Of a DNA stretch of 64,000 bases, positions 8,563 through 19,032 are shown in pieces. The notes beneath the pieces were generated by a model that searched no databases, was not told the DNA's origin, and was given only the letters and a program-made list of their open reading frames with translations. The stretch is taken from contig JAVBPT010000028.1 in the NCBI GenBank assembly GCA_031549455.1, positions 3,850 to 67,849 on the forward strand, given 5' to 3'. Within the stretch, counting starts at the first letter, position 1, and each line of letters opens with the position of its first letter. The stretch comes from Eubacteriales bacterium (GTDB taxonomy: Bacteria; Bacillota; Clostridia; Lachnospirales; JAKSVV01). A program made the position numbers and the translations under genes.

Positions 8563-9789
8563 CTAAAATCGGCTTGAAGCTTCCAAAACTTCTTTCTTCA
8601 CCTTTTCTTTATTTCCCTCAAAATCTGTTGCAATAAGGTCGATCCATTCTGCAATCATTTTCATCTCCGCTTCACGCATTCCTCTTGTTGTAACCGCTGG
8701 CGTTCCAAGCCGAATACCGCTTGTAACCATAAAGTTTTCTTTGTCTCCCGGAACAGAATTCTTGTTGCAGGTAATGTGCACTTCATCTAGCCTCTTTTCC
8801 ATCTCTTTTCCCGTCACATTTTTATTGGTTAGATTCACAAGCATTAGATGGTTGTCAGTCCCTCCCGACACAATTTTAAAACCTCTGTTCATTAACTCCT
8901 CAGATAGCACTTTTGCATTTTTTATGATCTGTGCCTGATAGTTTTTAAACTCTTGGCTCAACGCTTCCTTAAAAGATACTGCCTTGGCTGCAATGATATG
9001 CATTAAGGGACCGCCCTGTATTCCCGGGAAGATGGCTTTATCGATCTTCTTAGCATGCTCCTCTTTACACAAAATCATACCCCCTCTAGGGCCTCTTAAC
9101 GTTTTGTGTGTTGTGGTGGTCACAAAGTCTGCATATGGAACAGGGCTTTCATGATGTCCTGTCGCCACTAGCCCCGCTATATGGGCCATATCCACCATAA
9201 GATATGCCGAAACCTCATCCGCAATTTCTCTAAATTTCTTAAAATCAATGCTTCTAGAATAGGCACTCGCGCCAGCTAATATTAGTTTTGGTTTATGCTC
9301 ATGTGCCAGTCTTCGCACCTCATCATAATCAATCATTTCAGTTTCTTCATTTAATCCGTAAGGAACAATATGAAAATACTTTCCCGATATATTCACCGGA
9401 CTACCATGCGTCAGATGCCCTCCCGCTGATAAATTCATTCCAAGAATGGTATCCCCCGGGCTAAGCATTGCAAAATATACCGCCATATTGGCTTGTGATC
9501 CCGAGTGAGGTTGCACATTAGCGTGCTCCGCACCAAAGAGTTCTTTGGCTCTTTGGATTGCAAGCGTCTCTGCCATGTCCACAAACTCGCATCCCCCATA
9601 ATATCGATTTCCCGGATAACCTTCTGCATACTTATTCGTAAACTCACTTCCCATAACCGCCATGACCGCTGGAGAAACAAAATTTTCCGAGGCAATCAGC
9701 TCAATGTTGGCATTTTGTCTTGCCCTTTCCTTTAGCAGTACCTCTGCAATCTCAACATCCACACTCTTCAAAATATCAAAATCATACAT
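8563..9789 (-). CDS. glyA: Serine hydroxymethyltransferase
   Basis: PLP-lysine motif [14 protein letters not shown]; full-length match in size (408 aa). Confidence 0.95.
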   Translation of the reverse strand: MYDFDILKSVDVEIAEVLLKERARQNANIELIASENFVSPAVMAVMGSEFTNKYAEGYPGNRYYGGCEFVDMAETLAIQRAKELFGAEHANVQPHSGSQANMAVYFAMLSPGDTILGMNLSAGGHLTHGSPVNISGKYFHIVPYGLNEETEMIDYDEVRRLAHEHKPKLILAGASAYSRSIDFKKFREIADEVSAYLMVDMAHIAGLVATGHHESPVPYADFVTTTTHKTLRGPRGGMILCKEEHAKKIDKAIFPGIQGGPLMHIIAAKAVSFKEALSQEFKNYQAQIIKNAKVLSEELMNRGFKIVSGGTDNHLMLVNLTNKNVTGKEMEKRLDEVHITCNKNSVPGDKENFMVTSGIRLGTPAVTTRGMREAEMKMIAEWIDLIATDFEGNKEKVKKEVLEASSRF

Positions 9790-9798
9790 AATCCTCTC

Positions 9799-11544
9799 CT
9801 ACCTTTCATCCACTATTTTGATGTGCACATCACTTAACTGCTTATCTGTCACCTCATTTGGCGCACCCATGAGCAAATCTTGTGCGTTCTTGTTCATTGG
9901 GAATGCAATGACTTCTCGTATATTTGGCTCGTCTGCTAGAAGCATCACGATTCTATCTACACCAGGCGCAATCCCAGCGTGAGGCGGTGCCCCATATTTA
10001 AATGCATTAAATAATGCCGGAAATTTCTTTTCCACCACTTCTTCCGGATACCCTGCAATCTCAAATGCTTTTACCATAATTTTGGGATCATGGTTTCTCA
10101 CCGCACCAGAGGAAAGCTCCGTCCCGTTACAAACAATATCATATTGATAAGCATAAATATCCAATGGATCTTTGGTAAGAAGGGCTTCTAGACCTCCCTG
10201 AGGCATCGAGAAAGGATTGTGACAGAAATCGATTCTCCCCGTTTCCTCATCCTTCTCATACATTGGAAAGTCCACGATAAAGCAAAACTCATAAGCGTTT
10301 GGCTTGATTAAGTTTAAACACCTTCCAAGCTCATTCCTCATCACTCCCGCTAATTTACTTGTAAGACCATAGTCTATTCCCGCCACCATACACACCATGC
10401 CATTCGGTTTTAGGTTATATTTTTGGGTGAGTGTTCGCTTTTCATCATCGGATAAATTTTTTGCAATGCTACCCACAAACTCTCCCTTTTCATCTAACTT
10501 CACCCAAGCCACTCCTTGACCACCCACCTCGCAAACCTTGGCGTGGACCTCGTCAATCATTTTTCTGGTTCCACCGAAGTTTTCTACGTACACCGCCCTA
10601 ATAACCTTCCCAGTCAAAAAGCTAATGGCTGTATTTTTAAATAAATCTGTTAAGTCCGAAAGGAGAAGTGGATTTCTAAGATCCGGCTTGTCACTGCCAT
10701 AAAGCTCGATTGCATCCAAATACTTAATCTTCCTAAACGGAGGTTTGCTCACCTCTCGCCTTGAAAACTCTGTGAAGAGTTCATACATCACTTCTTCCAT
10801 AACAAGGAAGACGTCCTCCTGCTCCGCAAAGCTCATTTCAAGGTCAAGTTGATAAAACTCTCCCGGCGAGCGATCTGCTCTTGCATCCTCATCTCTAAAA
10901 CAAGGTGCAATCTGAAAGTACCGATCGATTCCACTTACCATTAAGAGTTGCTTAAATTGTTGTGGAGCCTGTGGTAAGGCGTAGAATTTTCCCGGATGGA
11001 CCCTGCTGGGTACAAGATAGTCTCTGGCTCCTTCCGGAGATGAGCTTGTAAGAATGGGCGTTTGAATTTCTAAAAACTTTCGTTCCTTCATCTTCTTTCG
11101 AATCGCATCAATTACCTTAGACCGAAGCACAATCTTGTCTTTTACAACCGGATTTCGAAGATCCAAGAACCGATACTTTAACCGATTCTCTTCTTTGGAA
11201 TCCACGCTACTACCGACTTCAAAAGGAAGCGCCTCTGTGCAAAGTCCAAGCACCTCCACTTTGCTGGGTTCAATCTCAATCTCTCCTGTTGGAATGTTCT
11301 TGTTAGGCGAAGAACGTTTCACCACTTTCCCCATAACTGAAATGGTAGACTCTCTTGGAATCTTCCTGACCCCTTCTTTCATTGTCTCGTCATTGATCAC
11401 TGCCTGAGTTGTTCCATAAAAATCTCTTACGTTGATGAACATGAGTGCGCCCAGATCTCGTATGTTTTCCAGCCACCCAGCGATCTTCACCTCTTGTCCA
11501 ATATTGGTTTCATTTAATTCTCCAGCATTATGTGTTCTATGCAT
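9799..11544 (-). CDS. aspS: Aspartate--tRNA ligase
   Basis: N-terminal OB anticodon-binding domain and class II motif 2 CFRDEDARADRSPGEFYQLD; 581 aa. Confidence 0.95.
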   Translation of the reverse strand: MHRTHNAGELNETNIGQEVKIAGWLENIRDLGALMFINVRDFYGTTQAVINDETMKEGVRKIPRESTISVMGKVVKRSSPNKNIPTGEIEIEPSKVEVLGLCTEALPFEVGSSVDSKEENRLKYRFLDLRNPVVKDKIVLRSKVIDAIRKKMKERKFLEIQTPILTSSSPEGARDYLVPSRVHPGKFYALPQAPQQFKQLLMVSGIDRYFQIAPCFRDEDARADRSPGEFYQLDLEMSFAEQEDVFLVMEEVMYELFTEFSRREVSKPPFRKIKYLDAIELYGSDKPDLRNPLLLSDLTDLFKNTAISFLTGKVIRAVYVENFGGTRKMIDEVHAKVCEVGGQGVAWVKLDEKGEFVGSIAKNLSDDEKRTLTQKYNLKPNGMVCMVAGIDYGLTSKLAGVMRNELGRCLNLIKPNAYEFCFIVDFPMYEKDEETGRIDFCHNPFSMPQGGLEALLTKDPLDIYAYQYDIVCNGTELSSGAVRNHDPKIMVKAFEIAGYPEEVVEKKFPALFNAFKYGAPPHAGIAPGVDRIVMLLADEPNIREVIAFPMNKNAQDLLMGAPNEVTDKQLSDVHIKIVDER

Positions 11545-11555
11545 TTATTTCCCTC

Positions 11556-12326
11556 CTATTTTCTTATTTCTTCCATAATCCATTGATATAATTCAGCAAA
11601 GCGTTCTGTTTTTTGTATCTGCTCATAATATTCCTCCACATAGCCTTGTCGCAAAACAATTTGTATGGTTTGTTTAAAGTTTATGTCTGTAATGAGCCAG
11701 GAAAGAATAGCAATCTCATGCTCTGCCATTGTCTTGATTTCATCCCAGCCAAAAATTTTTTTCTGCTTAATCCGCTCATAGATACTATCCGAAATATCTT
11801 GATCCAATCTAGAATCCCCATGAAGCACCCTTAACTTCTCCGGACTCGCATTTTTGGTGTCCTCGGCAAACACTCTATAAATATCCGTCTTATCCGCATC
11901 TCGAATTAGTTTAATTTGAAGCATCACTTCCGGATCTGTTATATTCGTTGGCATTTCCTTCTTGTTATGATGGTAGATTGCTGTTGTGATGACCTCTTTT
12001 GTCCTTGGGGATAAATCCGAAAGAACCTTCTCCTCCTCTAGAACCTGGATGCTCTTTTCAGCATGATCAATCGAACTGCGGTCATCAAAGTGTCCATATT
12101 CCTTAAGCTGCGAAAACCGTCCGATATCATGAAAGAGGGCAACACACTCCGCCAGTTTAATTTCCTCCTCCGAAAGACCAAGTTCCACAGCGATCTGTCT
12201 TGCAATCTCCTTTGTCTTGTAAGTATGTTTTACTTTTAGATTGATGCTCTCCTGAACTACTTTGTCCTTTGCAGAGAACCCTTTAACGTACTGTTTGAAA
12301 AATGCTTCATATTTTTTTAAATCCAT
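11556..12326 (-). CDS. HD-domain phosphohydrolase of unknown specificity
   Basis: HD motif LFHDIGR with downstream H/D residues (DHAEKS, YHHN). It is the first gene after the T-box leader. Confidence 0.7.
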   Translation of the reverse strand: MDLKKYEAFFKQYVKGFSAKDKVVQESINLKVKHTYKTKEIARQIAVELGLSEEEIKLAECVALFHDIGRFSQLKEYGHFDDRSSIDHAEKSIQVLEEEKVLSDLSPRTKEVITTAIYHHNKKEMPTNITDPEVMLQIKLIRDADKTDIYRVFAEDTKNASPEKLRVLHGDSRLDQDISDSIYERIKQKKIFGWDEIKTMAEHEIAILSWLITDINFKQTIQIVLRQGYVEEYYEQIQKTERFAELYQWIMEEIRK

Positions 12327-12348
12327 TTTGCCTTCTCTCCTTTACACT

Positions 12349-12520
12349 AAAAAAGCCTTACATGGAAAAAAACCATGTAAGGACGTTTTAAACGTGGTGC
12401 CACCTTACTTTATACTCAAATTTGACTACATTCTCCAAGATGTCCCTCCGTAGCGGTTCCTGGAAATTTTTCACCCTCATTTCCTCTCTAAAAGGCTCGC
12501 TACATATCTCTCTTTTCATA
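12349..12520 (-). promoter_or_regulatory. T-box riboswitch leader, probable Asp (GAC) specifier, with intrinsic terminator
   Basis: Minus strand. Stem I has an AGAGAG GA-motif, and GTAGCG...CGCTAC form its helix. The specifier loop reads GGAGG-GAC-A (GAC at 12444-12442, followed by the conserved purine). The T-box sequence is GGTGGCACCACG (about 12392-12403). The terminator is CCTTACATGG-TTTTTTT-CCATGTAAGG (12382-12356) followed by CTTTTTT. Confidence 0.75.
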
Positions 12521-12536
12521 GAATCCTATTTTCATT

Positions 12537-13847
12537 TTACGAAAGCTTTTTGATGATGTCTTCTATCGAAAGAACCTCCTGGGTCCCCTCTCGCATATTT
12601 TTAAAAGTGAGTAGATTTGTGTTCATTTCGGTTTCGCCAATAATAAGCACATACGGAATATTCTGTTTGTTGGCGTAGTTTAGGTTTTGCTTTATTCCCT
12701 TTTTATCATAAGAGATGCACACCTTCCCCCCTTTTTCTCTCAACCTTTTTAAAATATTCATCGAGTAATCCAACGCTTCTTCTCCCATGGGTATGATCAA
12801 AGCATCCACCATGGTGCGATTTTTGGGTTCCACAATCCGCATCTCCATCAGTTTATAAAATAGTCTAGACAGACCAATGGAAATGCCCACACCTGGTAAT
12901 TTCTTGGTTGTATAATATTCAGCAAGATTTTCATAACGTCCGCCCGAGCAAATACTACCAATATCTCTATGTTCATCCAGTGTGGTCTCATATACCGTTC
13001 CCGTATAGTAATCTAGTCCCCTAGCAATGGTGAGATCGATATTAAGATGACTTTCCGGAACCCCTAAGAGCGTTGCATACCTTATAACATTTTTAAGTTC
13101 TAAAAGGCCTAGTGTAAATTGTTCGTTTTTGATCCCCAGACTCTCTAGCCTCAAAATCATTTCCTCATTTGTTCCTTTGATTAACACAAAAGAACAAATC
13201 TTTTCTACATTTTCTTTTTCAACTCTTAGCTTTTGGAGTTCTAACGCCACCGCTTCTTTTCCAATCTTGTCGATCTTATCGACAATTCTAAGAATCTCCC
13301 TCGCCTTTTCTTCCTCTAGAAGCTCTGCAAAAAAACCATTTAAAACCTTTCTATTGTTTATTCTAATCGTAAATTTTCCAAAATCAAGCTCTTTAAAAAT
13401 CTTGTAGATGATACTGGGTATCTCTGCATCGTGCATGATCGATAGCTCACCATCTCCAATAATATCAATATCCGCCTGATAGAATTCTCTAAACCGTCCT
13501 TTTTGGGGCTTTTCTCCTCTAAATGCCTTTCCGATTTGATACCTTTTAAACGGAAAACTGAGCTGGTTAAAGTAAAGCGCAACATACTTTGCGAGGGGTA
13601 CCGTAAGGTCAAAGCGAAGTGCCAGATCCGTGTCCCCCTTCTTAAAACGATAAATTTGCTTTTCTGTTTCCCCACCCGCTTTTGCAAGAATGATTTCCTC
13701 ATACTCTAATAAAGGCGTATCCAGAGGCACAAAGCCTGCCCGCTCATAGTTCTTCCTAATAGTATCATATATTCTGTTAAACTCGATTTGCTCTTCTGGT
13801 AAGAGCTCCAAAAAGCCCGGTAAGGTCTTTGGTTCGATTATCGACAT
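12537..13847 (-). CDS. hisS: Histidine--tRNA ligase
   Basis: Class II motif 2 FRGEKPQKGRFREFYQADIDIIG and a C-terminal anticodon-binding domain; 436 aa. Confidence 0.88.
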   Translation of the reverse strand: MSIIEPKTLPGFLELLPEEQIEFNRIYDTIRKNYERAGFVPLDTPLLEYEEIILAKAGGETEKQIYRFKKGDTDLALRFDLTVPLAKYVALYFNQLSFPFKRYQIGKAFRGEKPQKGRFREFYQADIDIIGDGELSIMHDAEIPSIIYKIFKELDFGKFTIRINNRKVLNGFFAELLEEEKAREILRIVDKIDKIGKEAVALELQKLRVEKENVEKICSFVLIKGTNEEMILRLESLGIKNEQFTLGLLELKNVIRYATLLGVPESHLNIDLTIARGLDYYTGTVYETTLDEHRDIGSICSGGRYENLAEYYTTKKLPGVGISIGLSRLFYKLMEMRIVEPKNRTMVDALIIPMGEEALDYSMNILKRLREKGGKVCISYDKKGIKQNLNYANKQNIPYVLIIGETEMNTNLLTFKNMREGTQEVLSIEDIIKKLS

Positions 13848-13856
13848 AGTCTCCTC

Positions 13857-15248
13857 CTAAAATTCCGCGTTATGCACCGTCCTTGGGAAAGGAATGACAT
13901 CTCGAATGTTTGAAATGCCTGTAAGGTACATAATCATTCTTTCAAATCCAAGTCCATATCCAGCATGTTTTACAGTGCCAAATCTTCTGGTATCAAGATA
14001 CCAGGAATAGTCTTCTACATTTAAGCCCAGCTCCTTGATTCGATTTATAAGTTTTTCAAGATTTTCTTCTCTTTGACTACCGCCAATGAGCTCCCCAATT
14101 CCCGGAACGAGTAAATCCATTGCGCTCACTGTCTTCCCGTCCTCGTTTTGTTTCATATAAAAAGCTTTGATTTCCTTCGGATAGTCGATGACAAAAACCG
14201 GCCTTTTAAAATGCTTTTCTGTTAGATACCGTTCATGTTCTGTTTGAAGATCAATTCCCCAGCTTACGGGATATTTAAATTCCTCTTTTGATTCTGTCAA
14301 AATTTGAATAGCCTCCGTATAGGTCACCACGCCAAAATCCGCTTCCACAATCTTTGTGAGCCTTTCAATTAAAGTGGTGTCGATATATTGGTTCAGAAAG
14401 TCCATCTCATCTTTTCCATTTAAAAGAATATAACTTATAACCTGTTTTACCATTCCCTCCGCAAGACGCATGTTGTCATGGATATCAAAGAAAGCAACTT
14501 CTGGTTCAATCATCCAGAATTCGGCCGCATGTCTTGGTGTATTGGAATTTTCCGCCCTAAAAGTGGGGCCAAAGGTATAGATTTTATCAAAAGCCATTGC
14601 AAAAGTCTCCCCCTCCAGCTGCCCACTTACGGTTAGATTGGTTGGCTTGTCAAAGAAGTCTTGTTTGTAATCCACCTTTCCCTCTTTTGTCTTTGGAACA
14701 TCATTCAGGTTTAGTGTGGTCACTTGAAACATCTCTCCTGCCCCCTCACAATCACTTCCAGTGATGATTGGCGTATTAACGTACACAAATCCTTGTTTTT
14801 GAAAGTACTCATGGATTGCAAAAGCAGCCAGCGAACGAATTCGAAACACAGCTCGAAAGGTGTTGGTTCGAGGTCTAAGGTGTGCGATGGTTCTAAGATA
14901 CTCTAATGTATGTCGTTTCTTTTGGAGTGGGTAGGATTCATCGCATAGTCCTGTAAGTACTACCTCCTTTGCCTTTATTTCAAAGGTTTGTTTAGAGCCT
15001 TCCGATTCAACAAGTATGCCCGAAACTTCGATCGTTGAGTTGAGTGTATACTTTAATATCTCCTTGAAGTTCGGTAGGGATTCGTCAATCACGATCTGAA
15101 TGTTCTTAAAAGAAGATCCATCATTCATCTCGATAAACCCAAAGGATTTTGAGTCTCTTAGTGTTCTGATCCAGCCGGCCAGTTGGATTTCCTTCCCAAT
15201 TTGTGTTTTATATTCACTATATAACTGACTGATTTCTATTCTATTCAT
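13857..15248 (-). CDS. asnS: Asparagine--tRNA ligase
   Basis: [21 protein letters not shown] and the C-terminal GxGLGFERM motif; 463 aa. Confidence 0.93.
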   Translation of the reverse strand: MNRIEISQLYSEYKTQIGKEIQLAGWIRTLRDSKSFGFIEMNDGSSFKNIQIVIDESLPNFKEILKYTLNSTIEVSGILVESEGSKQTFEIKAKEVVLTGLCDESYPLQKKRHTLEYLRTIAHLRPRTNTFRAVFRIRSLAAFAIHEYFQKQGFVYVNTPIITGSDCEGAGEMFQVTTLNLNDVPKTKEGKVDYKQDFFDKPTNLTVSGQLEGETFAMAFDKIYTFGPTFRAENSNTPRHAAEFWMIEPEVAFFDIHDNMRLAEGMVKQVISYILLNGKDEMDFLNQYIDTTLIERLTKIVEADFGVVTYTEAIQILTESKEEFKYPVSWGIDLQTEHERYLTEKHFKRPVFVIDYPKEIKAFYMKQNEDGKTVSAMDLLVPGIGELIGGSQREENLEKLINRIKELGLNVEDYSWYLDTRRFGTVKHAGYGLGFERMIMYLTGISNIRDVIPFPRTVHNAEF

Positions 15249-15276
15249 CCTCTTTCCTCACATCTAATTTATTCAC

Positions 15277-15305
15277 ATAATAGCATAATTATTTATCTAG
15301 GTCAA
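15277..15305 (-). promoter_or_regulatory. Sigma-A-type promoter for asnS-hisS
   Basis: Minus strand: TTGACC (15305-15300), 17-nt spacer, TATTAT (15282-15277). No T-box elements lie between it and asnS. Confidence 0.65.
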
Positions 15306-15378
15306 TAAAAATCAAGCTCAAAGTTGGGTGCAAAAAAATAAAGATTTGAATTGCCTCAAACCTTTTTCCTTCTTTATT

Positions 15379-16980
15379 TTATCTTCGGACCATTTTTTTA
15401 ATCTTATCTCCATACGGCATAATCTCATAATCCTCATCTTTAATGGCTCCCGTCATGACAAGCATTGCAAAGTATACCATCACGCCAATCAAAACGGCTC
15501 CAATTGGTGGTATAATCTTCTGATAAATTGGAATGTAGGAAAGGATATAGAAGGATCCCATTGTGATCACCGCCATTACAACTGTGGATAGTATCGTTTT
15601 AGTGATCGAATCCAGGTTCATTAACCGAAACCCTGATTGCCTCTTTATAAATATATAATTGAGTATGCAATACACCAAATAGGCCAATACCGTCGCCAGT
15701 GCAGCTCCATTGATGTTTAAAGTTTCCATTCCAACGAAGTAATAGGTTGCAATATATTTTACAAAAACGATGATGCCAAGATTCACAATCGGTACCCAAA
15801 GCCATCTTCCACCCGCTCCTTGCAAAATAGTCGCAAAAAGTTGGCCCAAGATAATGAAGATTAGGGAGATGCTAAGAATAACCAATGTAAAGGTTCCCAC
15901 CGAATCCTTGGGATAAAGAAGTTTGATGATTGGTCCCGCAAGGATTGCAAGCCCCGTTGCAGCTGGCAGTCCCAAAAAGAGTGAAAACCGAATCCCCAAA
16001 TCAATCTTTTCATGTAAATCTTTTTTATCTCCTCTTGCAATTGCATTGGACACCGCTGGCATAATGCTAAGGATGATCGCCATGGCAACTGTCAGTGGCA
16101 TGTTGACTAGTGTGGTTGCTCTACCGCTTAAAACGCCATAAGCACTTGCTGCAAGCTCCTTGGTATACCCCAATGCACTTTGCAGTCTGGCCTGTGCCAC
16201 AAAGGAATCAATCATGGATAGGATTGAGTTGATCGCCCCGCTAATTGAGATTGGAAGCGCCACTAGCACAATCAGAAGCATAGAATTTAGTTTGCTCACT
16301 TTATTGGCATTTCCTTCGCTCTGAATCTCCCGCTTAAGCTCTGGTCTGTTTTTAAAATAGACACCTGCAAGAAAAAGGGTGGCAAGTGCTCCACCTGCAG
16401 TGGCACCAAAAGAAGCTCCACCAGCCGCTTGCCCGATTCCATAACGTAAAAGATACAGGGCAAGGCCAAGGCCCACAAGCACTCTTCCAAAAGCCTCAAT
16501 CGTTTGAGAAAGCGCTGTGGGTTGCATGTTTTGCATCCCCTGGAAGTAGCCTCTAAATGCACCCATGATGGATACGAAAAAAGGGGCCAGTGCAAGGCCA
16601 TAGAAGGAATAGATCACCTCATTAGACCATTTTGCCCTCTCAATAATGATCGGTGCAAAAAAGTAAAGGCAGAATGAAAAAATCAACCCCAAAATGCCAA
16701 GAATAAGAAATGCACTTTTAAAGATTTCGTGCGCCTCTTTGTACTTTCCTTGTGCCCTTTTTTCAGACACAAGCTTCGAAATCGAAGCCGGAATACCAAG
16801 ATATGAAATGGATAACAGTAAAGCATAGATTGGATAAGGACTCTGATAATAGCCCATTCCTTCTGTGCCAATCCAGTTATCGAGTGGTATTCTAAATACA
16901 GCTCCTAGTATCTTGGAGATAATTCCTGCAACAGCAAGGATTGCTGCGCCCATTACAAATTTTTCTGATGATTTACTCAT
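15379..16980 (-). CDS. MOP-superfamily flippase (MurJ / SpoVB-like polysaccharide biosynthesis protein)
   Basis: 533 aa with about 14 predicted TM helices. The N-terminus GAAILAVAGIISKILGAVFRIPL is typical of MurJ/SpoVB. Confidence 0.75.
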   Translation of the reverse strand: MSKSSEKFVMGAAILAVAGIISKILGAVFRIPLDNWIGTEGMGYYQSPYPIYALLLSISYLGIPASISKLVSEKRAQGKYKEAHEIFKSAFLILGILGLIFSFCLYFFAPIIIERAKWSNEVIYSFYGLALAPFFVSIMGAFRGYFQGMQNMQPTALSQTIEAFGRVLVGLGLALYLLRYGIGQAAGGASFGATAGGALATLFLAGVYFKNRPELKREIQSEGNANKVSKLNSMLLIVLVALPISISGAINSILSMIDSFVAQARLQSALGYTKELAASAYGVLSGRATTLVNMPLTVAMAIILSIMPAVSNAIARGDKKDLHEKIDLGIRFSLFLGLPAATGLAILAGPIIKLLYPKDSVGTFTLVILSISLIFIILGQLFATILQGAGGRWLWVPIVNLGIIVFVKYIATYYFVGMETLNINGAALATVLAYLVYCILNYIFIKRQSGFRLMNLDSITKTILSTVVMAVITMGSFYILSYIPIYQKIIPPIGAVLIGVMVYFAMLVMTGAIKDEDYEIMPYGDKIKKMVRR

Positions 16981-17389
16981 GTCTCTCTTTCCCTTCTTTT
17001 AAAATAAAGGCCATGACCTCATTTAATCTTTCAAATTTCTTTGTCATAAATAAGTATCCGATGAGCGCCTCAAGGCCTGTAGCCATTCTATATTCGCTCA
17101 TCGTTGCGCTTTTGGAGCTAACCCTTCCGTGCGTATTTCTGCCCCTCTTGTAAATATTCTCCTCTTCTTCTGTAAGCATTGCCTCTAGTTTTTTAAACAC
17201 ATCGGCCTGATAACTCGCCCTCGCATATCTGATTGCATGATCGGTTAGACTTTTGGTGCTCCGATCCTTTTCAAGTACCAAAAAGGTGGCGATGTAGAGT
17301 TCATATACTGCATCTCCAACAAACGCCAAGCTTTCAGGACTCAACCCTTGTATATTTATATTGACTGTATTGCTAAATAATTCTTCCAT
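16973..17389 (-). CDS. mrnC: Mini-ribonuclease 3
   Basis: LAFVGDAVYELYI RNase III-like signature; 138 aa. Confidence 0.85.
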   Translation of the reverse strand: MEELFSNTVNINIQGLSPESLAFVGDAVYELYIATFLVLEKDRSTKSLTDHAIRYARASYQADVFKKLEAMLTEEEENIYKRGRNTHGRVSSKSATMSEYRMATGLEALIGYLFMTKKFERLNEVMAFILKEGKERHE

Positions 17390-17403
17390 TCTAACCTTCT
17401 TTT

Positions 17404-17430
17404 AAAAGAAAAGAACTATTCGATAGTTCT
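17404..17430 (-). terminator. Rho-independent terminator after hpf
   Basis: Minus strand: AGAACTAT-CGA-ATAGTTCT followed by TTTCTTTT. Confidence 0.65.
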
Positions 17431-17441
17431 CTCGGGCCTCC

Positions 17442-17969
17442 TTAATGTGCAATAATAAGTCCGTATGTACCGTCTTTTTTTCTATATACCACTTTAAATC
17501 CGCCTGTTTTAATGTCAAAATATAAGTAGAAGTCATGTTCCAGCAGATTCATTTGCATAATCGCTTCCTCATCCGACATTGGCTTCAATTCAAAGTTCTT
17601 TACCTTGCTGATCACCAAGTCTTCTTCTAACACACTACTTTCCTCTGACATATAATCGCTTTTAAATACATTATCATCTTTATGTCTGTTTTTTAATTTG
17701 CCTTTATATTTTCCAAGTTGTTTTTCTAAAATACTAATTCCTTTATCAATTGCAACATACATGTCTCTGTCTTTCACTTCTGTTCTTAAAATTGTGGACC
17801 TTATAGGGATTGTTATTTCTATGATTTGCTCTAACTTTTCTACTTTTAATGTCACATGTGCCTCAACGTCTGAACTAAAAAACTTCTCTAGTTTTTCCAT
17901 TTTGTTTTCAATTTTGGCTTTTAATCCTTCTGTTAAATCCACATTCCTCCCTGTAATTCGTACGTTCAT
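17442..17969 (-). CDS. hpf: Ribosome hibernation-promoting factor (long HPF)
   Basis: N-terminal S30AE/YfiA-like MNVRITGRNVDLTEGLK plus a C-terminal dimerisation domain; 175 aa. Confidence 0.9.
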   Translation of the reverse strand: MNVRITGRNVDLTEGLKAKIENKMEKLEKFFSSDVEAHVTLKVEKLEQIIEITIPIRSTILRTEVKDRDMYVAIDKGISILEKQLGKYKGKLKNRHKDDNVFKSDYMSEESSVLEEDLVISKVKNFELKPMSDEEAIMQMNLLEHDFYLYFDIKTGGFKVVYRKKDGTYGLIIAH

Positions 17970-18010
17970 TTCTACCTCCTAATTTTGATTAACAATCTAC
18001 TAACACTTAC

Positions 18011-18038
18011 ACTATACCACACAGGATTCCAAAGTCAA
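18011..18038 (-). promoter_or_regulatory. Sigma-A-type promoter (extended -10) for hpf
   Basis: Minus strand: TTGACT (18038-18033), 16-nt spacer, TGgTATAGT (-10 at 18016-18011). Confidence 0.65.
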
Positions 18039-18083
18039 GAAATTGGAATAGACAATTTGTTCCAAAATTTCTTCTATTTCCGC

Positions 18084-18974
18084 TTATTTAAACAAGCCTG
18101 TGCTTAGATATTTTTCTCCTCGGTCCGGAAAGACGACCACAATGTTTCCTGATGAAATCCTCTCTGACACTCTTTCTGCTGCGAGCATGGCTGCACCGCT
18201 ACTCATCCCCACAAACATTCCCTCTTCTTTTATAATTCTCCTGGTCATCGAAAAGGCGTCCTCACTCTGAATAAGTATACTCTCATCAATTTTGCTCCGG
18301 TCATAAATCTGAGGCACAATTGCCTCTTCCATATTCTTTAAACCTTGAATATAATGCCCTTTTTCAGGATGAGCCTCTATGACTTTAATATCCGAATTTT
18401 TCTCTTTTAAAACCATTCCAATGCCCATTATGGTGCCAGAGGTACCCAGTGCGGAAACAAAATGGGTAATTTGGCCTTCTGTATCCTGCCAAATTTCCTC
18501 TCCTGTCATCCTATAATGTGCCAGTTTATTGTACACGTTGGAAAATTGGTCAGGGTTAAAATATTTCCCCGGATGGCTTTGGACCAGTTCTTTCGTTTTT
18601 AAGATTGCTCCATCTGTTCCAAGCTTACCATCTGTTAAAATGACCTCTGCCCCAAAAGCCCGAATCATTTTTTGTCTTTCAATGGATACCGCACTACTCA
18701 TCACGATCTGTACAGCATATCCTTTTACACATCCGATCATTGCAAGACCGATTCCCGTGTTTCCAGAGGTCGCCTCAATGATGATCTTCTCTTTTGTAAG
18801 TTCTCCCGTTTTTTCTGCTTCCTCTATCATATGAAGCGCAATCCTGTCTTTAATACTCCCAGTTGGATTAAATCCCTCTACTTTTGCATAAATCGACACA
18901 CTTTTTTTCACACCGATATGGTTAATCCGCACCATAGGCGTGCGACCAATCGTATCCAAAATGTTTGAATACAT
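18084..18974 (-). CDS. cysK: Cysteine synthase (O-acetylserine sulfhydrylase)
   Basis: PLP-lysine motif PTGSIKDR and ATSGNTGIGLA; 296 aa. Confidence 0.88.
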   Translation of the reverse strand: MYSNILDTIGRTPMVRINHIGVKKSVSIYAKVEGFNPTGSIKDRIALHMIEEAEKTGELTKEKIIIEATSGNTGIGLAMIGCVKGYAVQIVMSSAVSIERQKMIRAFGAEVILTDGKLGTDGAILKTKELVQSHPGKYFNPDQFSNVYNKLAHYRMTGEEIWQDTEGQITHFVSALGTSGTIMGIGMVLKEKNSDIKVIEAHPEKGHYIQGLKNMEEAIVPQIYDRSKIDESILIQSEDAFSMTRRIIKEEGMFVGMSSGAAMLAAERVSERISSGNIVVVFPDRGEKYLSTGLFK

Positions 18975-18988
18975 TTCTCTCCTCCTGC

Positions 18989-19025
18989 AAAAATTCTCTT
19001 ATAGCACATAGTATGCTAAAGAGAA
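18989..19025 (-). terminator. Rho-independent terminator after the GH13 gene, abutting the cysK SD
   Basis: Minus strand: TTCTCTT-TAGCAT-ACTA-TGTGCTA-(T)-AAGAGAA followed by TTTTTG, then immediately CAGGAGGAGAGAA-ATG of cysK. Confidence 0.6.
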
Positions 19026-19032
19026 TGTTATG

